Shown in pieces: positions 63,627 to 64,000 of a stretch of 64,000 bases of DNA. The stretch is from assembly GCF_009914755.1 (NCBI RefSeq), contig NC_060929.1. One strand, given 5' to 3'. The translations under genes and the position numbers were made by a program. The stretch's first letter is position 1; each line of letters begins with the position of its first letter. Origin of the DNA: the human T2T-CHM13v2.0 reference genome, Homo sapiens. Under the pieces are notes generated by a model that ran no database searches, was not told the DNA's origin, and saw only the letters and a list, made by a program, of their open reading frames with translations.

Positions 63627-63657
<31 letters not shown>

Positions 63658-63920
63658 GAAAATAACAGGTAAATTCACAGAGACAAAAAGAAAAATTTTT
63701 TTTCTGACTCCCAGGGACTAGGCTGAGTGTGGGGAGTCAGAAAAGAAGAATAACCATGAATGAGTATTTCATTTCAGTTGGAAGTGATAAAAGTTTCCAC
63801 AATTAGACTGTGGTGATGGTTTCACAACTATGTGAATATACTAAAATTCACTGAAATGAAAAATTTAAATAGGTAAATTTTATGGTATGTGAACTAGAAC
63901 TTAACAAAACTTTAAAAAAT
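61700..63920 (+). mobile_element. 5'-truncated L1MB-like element
   Basis: KEEVKLSVFADDMILY at ~61920-61970; 3' end AATTTTATGGTATGTGAACTAGAACTTAACAAAA. Confidence 0.85.
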
Positions 63921-63927
63921 AGATTAG

Positions 63928-63930
<3 letters not shown>

Positions 63931-63964
<34 letters not shown>
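63931..63964. repeat. (TG)n microsatellite
   Basis: Direct reading. Confidence 0.95.
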
Positions 63965-63965
<1 letters not shown>

Positions 63966-64000
63966 CTACTACCACCACCTAGAGATAATCATGTTAATAT

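Overview
This window is primate (very likely human or great-ape) non-coding genomic DNA dominated by interspersed repeats. It holds several LINE-1 copies of different ages, Alus, ERV/MaLR solo LTRs (MER4, MER21, MER67-like, MER11, THE1, MST, MLT1), L2/MIR relics, hAT-type MITEs and microsatellites. I see no intact host protein-coding gene, RNA gene or CRISPR array. The long ORFs in the track are retrotransposon-derived and the short ones look like chance or repeat-derived frames. The most unusual segment is 13.6-19.7 kb. First, a decayed MER21-flanked provirus has an interior that reads like a fragmented envelope gene (RxxR site, helical segments, Cys-rich stretch, transmembrane anchor). Second, its downstream LTR is split by a composite insert of truncated Alu, extra DNA and an A-rich tail. 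Third, inside that insert a young, tail-less 1.6-kb internal L1 ORF2 fragment with an open RT frame sits between perfect 12-bp direct repeats. There is also a nested L1-in-L1-in-L1 at 1-9.3 kb, a cluster of local duplications with template-switch-like junctions at 50.8-55.9 kb, and a poly(A)-only insertion at 63.6 kb. Repeat subfamily names come from my memory of consensus sequences and need RepeatMasker/Dfam confirmation.
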